DNA of 64,000 nucleotides from Amphiscolops sp. MND2022 (GCA_964187785.1 OZ076409.1:76262001-76326000), one strand, 5' to 3'. Positions 25,601-34,982 are shown, numbered from the stretch's first letter. Numbers and translations: made by a program. The notes: generated from the letters alone by a model not told the origin.

Positions 25601-28600
25601 AAATCAGCTTTTTAAACGTGGTCTGCAAAATATTCAAATTGGTAAGTATAAACCGCAGCAGTTAACATCAACTGAGTCTGTTTTGAGGATGGATAGTGTC
25701 GACAGCGATGTTCATGTTAACCGTCTCGCAGCCGCTTGCAAATCTGAAATTCCCGATATTTTTGTTACTTTTACATGTAATCAAAAGGAACATCCTGGAG
25801 TAGCCGAAGTCGTTCAGGCTATTTATGAACTTTACGGAAACGCAACAACTGAAGAATTGAAAGAAGTGCTCCAGGCTTACATGGTCATCATTGTAAGATG
25901 CTGGACGAGGACAGTTGAACTTTTGTTAGATTATTTGAGATTTTCCGACGAACATATCTTAGGTGAAATTTTGAAGGTTTGGGGTCGGGCTGAGTTTCAA
26001 AATGCCGCAGCAAACTTACAACATTATCATATTCTTTTTTGGTTAAAAAATACGTGCGAAGACATAATCGACAAAATTCAATGTGCTCATAAGCATGTTT
26101 TCAATGAATTCAAAAATTTGTTTCACACGAATTTTGGAACTGTGGATAGTGAACAACATGCAGAACAGATGTTTGATGATTGTGTAAAAATTCAAACACA
26201 TAATTGTGAAAAAGGACATTGTTTGAAGAAAGTTAGGTTGAATGGCGAGCGAAAATGCCGCTTCCCTCCGTATCCCGAAAGTCACGTCCCATGGTACAAA
26301 GAGTTTCATCAGCCGCACTCTAATGAGGCTTTAGAAGCGTTGAGTGAACTCGGCTTGGCTGAACCATTGCCTGGTACGGAAACCGGCTTCCAGGTTACGT
26401 CTACTTTGAAGGCAGGTAAGTACATGTACGCTGCGCAAAAAGGTGAACACATGTCCCCATGTAACGTTCCGTTGTGGAGCATCACAAAATCGAGTTTAAA
26501 CGTGCTTAAGGTTTGTCATTCGGTCGCCCATCGTTACCTTACGTCCTATACAGCCGGTAAAGAAGAACATGCTGATGTTAACATTCACCCCGACAATTCC
26601 CACAACGTCTGTAATGTGCGTGTGCAAAATATACAGAATAAAAAATTAGGCGGTGTAAGAAAAATTTTGGCTCGTGAAGCAAAACAAAATAAAACTGATG
26701 GCCTAATCGATTCTACTACGATTGCCAGCACTGAATGTGTCTCATGGTTGTTGCAACTTCCAACTGTGTTAACAACTATGGATTTTGTTTCCTGTCCTTC
26801 CGTGCCACTTGAAAATCGTGGTGGGGTTATACTTAAGAGAAAAAACAACACCCAGTCGAGGGTTGATAGGCCAGGTGTAGCAAATGAGGGACCAGCAGAA
26901 GTTAGACAACTGATGCTCAGTCTGCCACCTCACAGATGGTTAACAGAGGCGCAAAAAACTGTTTTGGAAAGTGTTAACCAGACTGCTTTTAGCACAGACA
27001 AAGTAACCGTTTTTTCATTACGTCCACCAGAATTACTATTTGTTGATAAATTGAAGTTGTACTTTAGGTGGTTCGTTCGGGAAAAAGTTTCTAAGAAAAA
27101 TGTGCACTTGACGTTATTAAAACTTGACATTACTGAATCCCATTGGTTGGATGGAGAAGGTTACGCGATTCGACTTAGGCCTTGTGCAGTTGAGGAATTT
27201 GAAAATTTTGTACTTGAAAATTGTTTGGAAAATCCCTCGAATGATCGACTGATTGATGCTTCGCTGGTAATTTCGGTTGTGCTAAATGAACCAACACACT
27301 CAAATTATAGTTTTTTCGTTTCTGAAGATAAAACTCTGTCTAATACCCCGGCTGAGGTTGTTTTCTCTAAGGTTTACCCCCGTTCTCCTGCCAACTTTTT
27401 GGTTCATGTTTTACTTTCTACAGGTAGCTTCGAAACTGAACTGGAGCTGTTTGATGTTCCGTCCTTAAAAGATGCGTTTGTAAAGGGTAAAATCATTGAA
27501 GATAAACAATATTATGATGAAAGTGACGTGAATGAAATCGTAAAAAAATATGTTTTGGAAGAACTGAGGTATATGCCAGGTGGAACAAGGTCTTTCGATG
27601 CAAATTTTCTTGCAGCCAAAAACGCTTTCAAGGGTCTTCTCATTAACAACGACATTTATTGTGAGTGTCTTCCAATTACGTTGATGACAACTTTGACTGA
27701 AGCGTTAGAAGATAAAGCCTTGAAAATGATGCGTCAGTCTCAACTAAACATCATCAAGTCGCTGGTACAGAAAAAATTGCCCGGTTTCCCTTCGAGAGAC
27801 GATTTTGAGTACATTAGTAAAGAGTCACCATCAAATTGGGCTGGTGATCTAGTGCCGAATTCCTTTCAATCGGTTGAATCTTTGCAAGAACAAAGCTCAA
27901 TTTTGGAACTTTTAAAAAATGGTATCAATGAATGTGTTTTTGTTGAACATAAGTTTAGGAAGCATCAATTGATTCTTGGCCCACCTGGCACTGGCAAAAC
28001 TTATGTCTTAACTATGGCGTTAGGTTTTGCGTTGTCAAAAGGTTTATTTTGTTTGGTAACAAGTTTAGCTGCAAGAAGATCGATGCAGTTTGGAGGTGAG
28101 CATATTCATAAGTTGTTTTGCCTTCCTACTGTTAACAATGGCTCGCCTTTGAGAATGGCTGAACAAGCGCTGTCGAAACTTGATTACAAAAATGACAAAA
28201 AAATGCTACTGCTTGCCGTCGAAGTGCTGTTTGTTGAAGAAATAAGTTTGATTAGTGCCGAACAGTGGTCTGCAATGGACATCATTCTGCAAGAACTGAA
28301 ACAGGTTACCATGCCATTCGGTGGGATACTCGTTGTTGCAAGTGGTGATCAGATGCAACTTCCGGCCATAAGCGGTAGTGACATTTTTTTCAGTCCCGTT
28401 CTCTTGACAAATTTTGCTTTATTTTTTTTGGAACACTTTGTACGCATGACTGACGCGGATGGGCAAACAATTTTGAAACACATGTGGAGACGTCCCATTC
28501 TACGTCAAGCGATTCAAGAAATAATTGACATTTTGGGTGACAAGTGTACTTTCAAAGAAACATGGGAAGATCTGGACGATCCATGCGTCATGCGTGTCTT

Positions 28601-29756
28601 TGGCAAACGAAAAGCTGAACAAAAAGAGTTCGAAGATCATATTCAGCGAGTACGTGCCTCAGGTACCCCATACAAAATTTTCCACGCAACTGATGAAATC
28701 TGTCTTGCAAAGAGCAAAATTTGGACTGCAACTGACTCTGTACAAGTAACGAACCACCTGAACAAAGAGGTGAATGAGCCAAAACAACTGATTGTTTACC
28801 CAAAAGCGTTGTTGAGAGTCACAGTAAACATGGAATCGGAACAACTATCCCAAGGTCAAGTAGGAGTAGTTCATGAAGTTCCTACTGGTGACTCGGTCAC
28901 AATTTACATTCCTGACAGCAGCGGAGGCGAAGTGACCATTACTTCTGAAATGCTCCAACAGGAACAATACTTGGCCTGGAGATCTGTGACTCTTCGAAAA
29001 CAAATGGGATTCGTGCAGCCCTTTAAGAAAAATTCTGTGAGACGACAGCAGCTCCCCCTGATGAATTTCGTTGCTCTGACAACGCACAAGCTCATGGGTG
29101 ACACTTTTGACAAACTCGCGACGTCGATCTCGGCCAACGGAAACAATGCCCTGTGGATGACGTCCCAGGTTTTCGTCATAGTCAGTCGAGTTAAACAACT
29201 GAAAAACCTGACTTTCGTCGGATCGAAATCGGAAACTTTAAACGCTGTTAGGACAATTTTAGAAACTAGAGACAGACGCGAAGAACATATGTTTAGCTTA
29301 TTGGACGGTATTAGGAACAACTCACGCTCTGGTTCCACCGCGGAGCCCATTAACATCTCTAGAATGTCGTTCGTTCCGTTCAACAAAAACATACCCGAAA
29401 CACCAAATGGTTTTGTTTATCTTCTGACAAGTGTGAATCCAAACTCGGCAGGAACTTTTTACATAGGTCAAACAAGTAGGGCGTTGTTGACTCGTTTGTC
29501 GGAGCACAATACCGGTAATGGCGCTGAATTCACGAAAGTACCCCACCGACTACCGTGGGCTGTTGCCGCTTTTATTTGTAACTTTGCGTCCGCAAATTCA
29601 CGGAAAGATTTAGAAGAAGAACTACATCGTTGTAAGATAGCTCGGCGGCACAGTTTAAAAACTCTAGAAGACATGATTGCACTTTTCCAGGAGAAGGTTA
29701 ATGAAAAAGATTGTAGTTTGTATTTTTGTGTATGCGGGGGAACTGGGCCAACATAA
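22605..29756 (+). CDS. Helitron-type Rep-helicase transposase (Cys-rich N-terminus, HUH Y2 Rep, PIF1-family SF1B helicase) with C-terminal GIY-YIG nuclease, 2383 aa
   Basis: Rep motif 1 PDIFVTFTCN (about 25752), HUH motif EFQNAAANLQHYHILFW (about 25992-26042), QTHNC..HC..KCRFP Cys/His cluster, and Y2 motif RYLTSY (about 26535-26549). Helicase motifs GPPGTGKT (about 27978), LFVEEISLI, FGGILVVASGDQMQLP, RQQLPL..ALTTHKLMG and QVFVIVSRVK. GIY-YIG signature GFVYLL..FYIGQT..RLSEHN.GNGAEFT...PW from about 29409. Confidence 0.93.
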   Translation: MPPGRGRKAKGRRPMCLNCGGFLGGDGSCSRCLAREVVVEDEPQVSIDNTPIPPMFPNDIDMTEEVTMPPVVPNDIQMTEEETVCSKCCRTTTDDYPLDFQTLNKDSVQSTMFGKPTREMVGDTVTMCQQCLIYNSNDNRSTDWPNAWPSVMYTFLFETHRFNSNTRNLLNVLPVEIRLSFRYHLNTVCPGLYTSVNETGFRDITKEKSNFWTLITTRTAKTLVQALTEYCFPNVRCPAGCFEFIEKTSGISFAHFLNYLHPTFTSFNANSSKFLNGARKNFLERETLLEKFEISPCVINNQNGLQLVTCSDHENGVTLRYVHVPTNPIVGNVSINNADRLALMVSSVRTVRPLKIGSKSATFTMCRVDSGRVSGVSSTVLHKFRNFDAPYNERLFNLEKFIINCRTDVQDVIRTCCENEEMSNILAEFYLNSESPVSNVIVEKHISNSVVFDINCLMKMKDFVESCPDDMKNKDYFMAPIAFGHTVDDYGHEPPTLPQTVSEDFDLFAFVVAFSTQDVLWSKLVENCQDNYDVQALCGTLHKLRQSSNKRRNGKKTNNSVRATAVSALTLALENIFGSKTDAFLNMCEILDGCMVVQIQRREFDIRVDCTRNDVVVLASVVSTGRNPQLPFEITSVNGRSFHLTLIVAENRASVRYGPPFFGFWTMSSDGHRPVKDPNLQEQYNRTWKFLVYISKTTSPESSKMRYLTYMGGQSVFFCREHNYPLTTDYISSNRKCSLPRTDHRGLTCTRKSAWRCPKKDCFASTCKSHFRELCDNVDRVFVDNTPSDEPIADSSDDEILLPQDEEQQSPELDQREFGLDNPGTSHYEEEANMDEFDAPQLIVDAGYQDNNAFTSDSGCEPVYLSKDSNCVPMHVLLNGECQVMKRLRYPTPVGKKFKRFFQNFVSTLQGRAIPFLQVEAHMFVHIFYKQLEDGSFPGALPFFLYDDRYANSKFDFDGLHEHMKLRLKDATLLTSSSLPYIMHAFDAVLNLSLVKCHTNQLFKRGLQNIQIGKYKPQQLTSTESVLRMDSVDSDVHVNRLAAACKSEIPDIFVTFTCNQKEHPGVAEVVQAIYELYGNATTEELKEVLQAYMVIIVRCWTRTVELLLDYLRFSDEHILGEILKVWGRAEFQNAAANLQHYHILFWLKNTCEDIIDKIQCAHKHVFNEFKNLFHTNFGTVDSEQHAEQMFDDCVKIQTHNCEKGHCLKKVRLNGERKCRFPPYPESHVPWYKEFHQPHSNEALEALSELGLAEPLPGTETGFQVTSTLKAGKYMYAAQKGEHMSPCNVPLWSITKSSLNVLKVCHSVAHRYLTSYTAGKEEHADVNIHPDNSHNVCNVRVQNIQNKKLGGVRKILAREAKQNKTDGLIDSTTIASTECVSWLLQLPTVLTTMDFVSCPSVPLENRGGVILKRKNNTQSRVDRPGVANEGPAEVRQLMLSLPPHRWLTEAQKTVLESVNQTAFSTDKVTVFSLRPPELLFVDKLKLYFRWFVREKVSKKNVHLTLLKLDITESHWLDGEGYAIRLRPCAVEEFENFVLENCLENPSNDRLIDASLVISVVLNEPTHSNYSFFVSEDKTLSNTPAEVVFSKVYPRSPANFLVHVLLSTGSFETELELFDVPSLKDAFVKGKIIEDKQYYDESDVNEIVKKYVLEELRYMPGGTRSFDANFLAAKNAFKGLLINNDIYCECLPITLMTTLTEALEDKALKMMRQSQLNIIKSLVQKKLPGFPSRDDFEYISKESPSNWAGDLVPNSFQSVESLQEQSSILELLKNGINECVFVEHKFRKHQLILGPPGTGKTYVLTMALGFALSKGLFCLVTSLAARRSMQFGGEHIHKLFCLPTVNNGSPLRMAEQALSKLDYKNDKKMLLLAVEVLFVEEISLISAEQWSAMDIILQELKQVTMPFGGILVVASGDQMQLPAISGSDIFFSPVLLTNFALFFLEHFVRMTDADGQTILKHMWRRPILRQAIQEIIDILGDKCTFKETWEDLDDPCVMRVFGKRKAEQKEFEDHIQRVRASGTPYKIFHATDEICLAKSKIWTATDSVQVTNHLNKEVNEPKQLIVYPKALLRVTVNMESEQLSQGQVGVVHEVPTGDSVTIYIPDSSGGEVTITSEMLQQEQYLAWRSVTLRKQMGFVQPFKKNSVRRQQLPLMNFVALTTHKLMGDTFDKLATSISANGNNALWMTSQVFVIVSRVKQLKNLTFVGSKSETLNAVRTILETRDRREEHMFSLLDGIRNNSRSGSTAEPINISRMSFVPFNKNIPETPNGFVYLLTSVNPNSAGTFYIGQTSRALLTRLSEHNTGNGAEFTKVPHRLPWAVAAFICNFASANSRKDLEEELHRCKIARRHSLKTLEDMIALFQEKVNEKDCSLYFCVCGGTGPT

Positions 29757-29795
29757 AATGTTATGTTTCTAAACAGAAAATAATTTTAAACGTAG

Positions 29796-30365
29796 GCACT
29801 GTTGAATTTCGCACTAAGTTCGACTACAAAGGGTGGACACCGTGCGATATTCAACAGTTGAATTTCGTACAAAGCTCTACTAATTCTTTGAGGGTGGGCA
29901 TCGTATGAAATTCAAATGTCTACTTTAAAAGAGAAAGTAAACTTAAAAGTTTGATAATACTGCTTAAACTTTGTTGGGTATCGCACAAAGTTCGACTACA
30001 AAGGGTGGACACCGTGCGATATTCAACAGTTGAATTTCGTACAAAGCTCTACTAATTCTTTGAGGGTGGGCATCGTATGAAATTCAAATGTCTACTTTAA
30101 AAGAGCAAGTAAACTTAAAAGTTTGATAATACTGCTTAAACTTTGTTGGGTATCGCACAAAGTTCGACTACAAAGGGTGGACACCGTGCGATATTCAACA
30201 GTTGAATTTCGTACAAAGCTCTACTAATTCTTGAGGGTGGGCATCGTATGAAATTCATAACTCTAATTTAAAAGTACGATTAGATCTGATTACTTCATAA
30301 TTACCTTGAACAATGTTGAGTGTCGCACAAAGTTCGACTAAAGAGGGTGGACGCCGTGTGACAAA
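29796..30365 (+). repeat. 172-bp tandem repeat (three copies plus a partial fourth) downstream of the Rep-helicase stop; each full unit has two stem-loops
   Basis: GTTCGACTA(C/A)A(A/G)AGGGTGGAC at 29818, 29990, 30162 and 30332; GCTCTACT..AGGGTGGGC at 29874, 30046 and 30218. Confidence 0.9.
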
Positions 30366-31128
30366 CAAAACTTTCTTTGTTTTTGTACGTTTAATACGGT
30401 TCAGACTGTTTAGTTAGTTTCCTTTGCACTTAACTGGGACAGATGCAACAAAAAAACGGGAGAGAAGAGGCGGGACGAACTCCACAGAAGATCAAACGGC
30501 AAGTAGCTAAAACTAAATGTATGCCTTAGTTAGCTACTTGTCCTTTGTGGCAAGTACAACGAGCCCTTCTATCTTCATGTACTTGCCACTCTTAAGATTT
30601 AGGAACTAAAATGGGAAATTTTTTGACTTGAAAGCCAATTGAATGCTTTCACTGGACTTTTTGACTTTTTTTGACTCGAAAACAGACTTAAAACTAACAG
30701 ACTTAATTGAACTCTTAACCCCTACACCAATTGTTTTTTCCTAGTGAGATGAGTTGAGTGAGGCGTAGTGTTCATACAACACTCGAGAACAGTCATCAGA
30801 TCTTTTAAAAATAGCGTAATGTGAGTCCAATGCATGATCCAAAATGAGGCGGAACAATTTTAGTTTCAAATTGAGTGCATTACCAGCATTTTCTTCGTAG
30901 AAGAAAATGCTGCTTCAAAGAAAGTAATTGTGAGATTGAGGAGACATTAATTAGGGCGTCGAACTCGTATAGGTGATGTATGACTGATTACTACGGTTCA
31001 ACGACTTGTACTCATATTGTATTTGAATTTCAGATTCTTTGAATTCACTTTCTGCAGCTTCTTGCCATTCCGTCTGTTTCTTAAAGTCATTCCGTCAATT
31101 GTCATCATAGTAGTAAATCATTCAAAAA

Positions 31129-33104
31129 ATGGCCCAAGAAAAGCAAGTTGTCAACGGTTTTTTCAAACCTGGTGCATCGCTTGAGATGTGTGTCAATAAT
31201 CTCCGGAGATTCGATGATGTGTCATTCGGGACCTTGATTTCAAGTGACAGAAAGCCACGACTATACAAGGTGCAGGCAATTTATTTGTACGCGACGAAAT
31301 CGCAAAAGAAGTACCGAATGTATGCGCCGGCGAAAGGCAACCTCACCGCAGTTAATAAGGAAATAACCACCTTTGACAGGTTTCTGGTTCTTGGAATTCC
31401 AAGCAGTCCACATGTTGTCACCATGTTCCTGAAAACGCCGGCCGCAACTAAGTTGAATCTGAAGTTCAGTCAGCATATGTCGCCAGGTTCTCCTTTATAT
31501 ATAATTATGCCCCGAATAGTGTCCTTCCTCTCGCCTCAGAATCCGGAGATTGTGTCGGCGGACCCCCTCATTCCCGTGCCTACCAACTCGTTTCGACAAC
31601 TGTACACACTTCCCCCAGCAGATGTCGACAGCCCAAACTTTACATGGTTTGACTTTGCGTCCAAAAGTGTAGAGGTGTTCCAGGCCAATGCGCAGGACAG
31701 TGTCTGCATCGGCACATTCTGTGATAGCCAAACGAATCAACTGTCCTGTCCGTGTACATGCACGGTACCGGAGAAGAAGTGGGTGCTGTCACTCACGTTC
31801 ATGTGCGATGAGCTGGCGGGCATTGCCAGAGATCAGGTGGTGTTTGTTTCTCAAGCGCTATCCCGAGTTTTCGTTTCCAACGAAATGTTAAAATGGCCTC
31901 TCACCAATGACATTATCGACCCGTTCGACATGGACGATGCTGTAAGATAACCTAATTTTCCTTCACTGACTTTTATCTGTAAAAAATTGAAAATCAATTG
32001 AATTTTGAAAAATTTAAATTCTAAAAAAAGTGAAAATGAAACAAATGATTGTAATTCGAGAATTCAACAAACGAGGTATTACGTGTCATGTGACATTATC
32101 CATTTCATGAACTAAAGACATCGTATCAGCAGTCCTTTCAATTTGTCTTGAGATACTATAAGGTTTTCTTTGGCAATTTTAACTATTGATTATCAAACAA
32201 AGTTCGACTACAGAGGGTGGACACCGTGCGATATTCAATTGTTACATTTTGCCAAAGAAAACCTACTAGCATCTCAAGACAAATTGAAAAGACTACTGAT
32301 ACGATGCCATAAGCTCATGAAATAGATGATGTCACATGATTCAGCATACTTCCATTGTTGGAAATTTTTAATTGTAATTAAAATGGTATGAATGTAATTC
32401 CACAGGTCCGAAATCTTGTCGATGACGTTAACAAAAAACAAGGATTCCGCATAAAGGGTTGGTTCAAACCCGCTACGACTGAGGATGGAGTCACACATGA
32501 AATTTTTAGTATTCATGTGTCCTCCTTGTCTCCTGTAGAGCCTTTAACAGATGAACAAAAAAGGCTTATGTACGGAGCAACTTCACGTAAGTATTTCTCT
32601 CTTCTTCAATTTCCCCTAAAATAATGTTCTTTTATCTAGCGACTTGCTTAAAGTATAAACCATTGTGGAAAATGGGTTTCTCAAAAAATGAGGTCATATT
32701 TTATAGTGATTACAGAAGAAAAAATCTGGTGTATACTTGGTGGAAAAAAATTACAAGTGAAGCCGTTACCAATGACGTTCGATCATGCAGCAAACAAAAG
32801 TTTTATTCTTGATAGCTCTTGCTATAGCGCAAGCTTTGTGTATGAACAAAGACGTTTTTTCAAAAATTAATATTGCTTTTGTGGAAATTGAATTCAATAG
32901 CCTTTTCATTTGCACTTATTTAATTGTTTAGATGCCACTACTACTACTACTACTACTACTACCACTAGTGCTACCGGATTTAATTCGAGCGCATTATCAG
33001 GTGCTAACCAAAGTGTTTCATTTGGCTGTGGCAGCGCAGACGGTGGCAGCGGCTCTAACGACAGCGCAGAGAATCCTCCCAGTAAAAGACCTCGTACAGA
33101 ATAA
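31129..33104 (+). CDS. Protein of unknown function, 3 exons: join(31129..31941,32406..32586,32932..33104), 388 aa; Cys cluster, low-complexity tail, C-terminal basic NLS-like motif
   Basis: ORFs 31129, 32388 and 32910 join in frame through a phase-0 intron (GTAAGA 31942...CACAG 32405) and a phase-1 intron (GTAAGT 32587...TTTAG 32931). The product ends PPSKRPRTE. AATAAA lies at about 33482. Confidence 0.75.
32080..32345. repeat. Long imperfect inverted repeat (arms about 100-120 bp) in intron 1 of the third gene
   Basis: TCATGTGACATTATCCATTTCATGA..CATCGTATCAGCAGTCCTTTCAATTTGTCTTGAGAT..AGGTTTTCTTTGGCAA pairs with TTGCCAAAGAAAACCT..ATCTCAAGACAAATTGAAAAGACTACTGATACGATG..TCATGAAATAGATGATGTCACATGA. 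Confidence 0.88.
32937..32966 (+). repeat. (ACT)n microsatellite encoding a poly-Thr run in exon 3
   Basis: actactactactactactactactaccact is visible in the sequence and in frame with the Thr run. Confidence 0.85.
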
Positions 33105-33586
33105 GGTCTAATCGAGAGAATTAGAAACCAACATTTTTGGTTTTGTTGACAAACTACAAAATAGGGTTGCCACTAGTATTGACCCAGATCTCCTGTATTA
33201 TGATTTTCTGTATTATGATTCATTTTTGCACGAACCTTTCAAAAGTTGGTTACACTTCGAGATATTACTGTTATTTCATGTTGAATGTTGATTTGTTGTC
33301 CAGATTACTCATTGGTATTTAATTTGTCAATTCACTATTACTGAACTGGTTGTCTCTTTTAAAAATAGAAGTTAACATTAGACATTCAGTAGTTACATTT
33401 CTCTAGTTAAACCACAAATACAGCTCCTGTTGTCGTGAAGGTTGGTTTTGTGTAAAAGTAACAAAATGGCGTTGGTTTGAAAATAAATAAAAAAATAAAA
33501 TGGTATTGCAAAAAAGTACACGTTTTTTCAAGTAAAAATTTAATACTACCGCCTCCTGGTTTGATTGTTCAACCGTGCACGTCTAG

Positions 33587-34982
33587 GTGGTCGGGTATTT
33601 TTTTTTACTCGTAGATGGCGTTTGCGAGGCTTTGGGGAGGGCCCCGTGCCGAGCCTGTACCGAAATTTACCACATACCAGAAGTGTCCGATTTAATCGAG
33701 ATCTCAAAAACTAACCGTTAGAATTCTCTGAAATTTTGCATGTGGCCCCTAATCAATGAGTAATGAAAAAGTGTAGAAGTGACGGTTGCTGAAAAACTTG
33801 TCTTTGTTGCACTTTTTGCGCAATTTTTGTCGCATTGTTGCGTTTTTTATGTCATTTTCGACTTTTCAAGCAAAAAACTCATAGATGCTTTGTTCCTAGC
33901 GTATCAAGTGTGGAGCACGAAAAGTTGCAGCATCTTCCCTTACGTATGCTGAGAAAATTTGGTTGCCCTCGGATTACCCCCCACAGAGATAGAGGGGTGC
34001 ATCCGGGTATTTTTGACCCCTAAATTTGGGAAATTGCTAATTTTCGTAATAAAGCCGTAGATTTAGCGCGTGCACACCCTGCTGAAGATTTGTTAGGCAT
34101 TTTGAGATAGATCCGATGACATGCGTTGAGTTCACCCCCATCACCCCCGTGACCGGAAATGAACGTTTTTGCGCACTTTCAGACCGGAAGTCTCCATTTT
34201 CACCGGTAAGGAGGCATTGTACGAGCAACTAGCAGGATATCAAAAGTGAAGTATAACCTGGGGTCAACTTAATGACCACGTGTTGTCCAGTCATGGGTTT
34301 CGCTATGACCGGAAATGGGCTTAAAACCCCCTTTTGGTAGTATTTTTATCAATTTTCCTTGTGCTTGGTCCACATTCAAGTTGCGTAAGTCAGTTGAACC
34401 AGTGAGAGCATAAAATATATGTTCACTGTGTAGTCGTAATTGACACTGCCAAATACCGGAAGTAACCCCCTGTGACCGGAAGTGGTCAATATTGACCGGA
34501 AATGGTCCAAAAAGTAGCGTAAATGCAGTTTTTCATTCGTTTTATGTCACTTTTTTTACTTTTTCCAAGCTGATTGTTTTTTTTCTACTCACAAAGCTAA
34601 CATCGTAACTTGTTTGGCTAAAGTTCTGCAGAATTATCACCTTTATCACCCCCGATAGCCTTTCAAGTTGACCTTGGGTCAATCTTGAAGGCTATCTTTT
34701 CTAAAAACGAAAAACAGGAAAATTTGTTTTTCTCATTTTCTTTAATATTTTCCTTTAGGTAATTTGTTTTAGCAAAGACTGTTGCTCAACTGAATGATCT
34801 GAAACTTGTTCAGAGGTGTCACCCAGACAACGATTATTTGAGGTTGAAGTAAACTGAGAATGAGGGTAGTATTAGTCAACATCACACAATGTTACCAACG
34901 CCCACCGTCCGTGGGCATGCCGAGGCATGCCCTTCGACGACGTATGCCAAATAGCGCCACAGGGCGCCCACACTTTTGCTAG
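33587..34982 (+). mobile_element. Family B non-autonomous unit (1396 bp)
   Basis: Similar to the unit at 12388; directly abuts the autonomous element's CTAG. Confidence 0.82.

Larger units (their letters stand above)
19437..33586 (+). mobile_element. Autonomous Helitron-like rolling-circle transposon, 14,150 bp, three genes
   Basis: Bounded by CTAG|GTG junctions like all other units. Starts GTGGTCGGTATTC and ends TGTTCAACCGTGCACGTCTAG (CTRR-type 3' end). Contains an uninterrupted Rep-helicase ORF. Both ends are shared with the short units at 38099 and 45316. Confidence 0.9.

Noticed and set aside
22455..29674. Antisense and alternative-frame ORFs overlapping the Rep-helicase gene
   Set aside because: Expected shadows of a long coding frame, with no motifs.
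21176..29756. LINE or Penelope retrotransposon suggested by the SGNH and GIY-YIG domains
   Set aside because: No reverse transcriptase motifs, poly(A) tail or TSD. The core enzyme is HUH plus PIF1, and the SGNH gene has an intron.
19437..33586. Classical Helentron assignment
   Set aside because: No APE endonuclease motifs were recognised, and I saw no subterminal inverted repeats or T-rich termini. The ends are GTG...CTAG.
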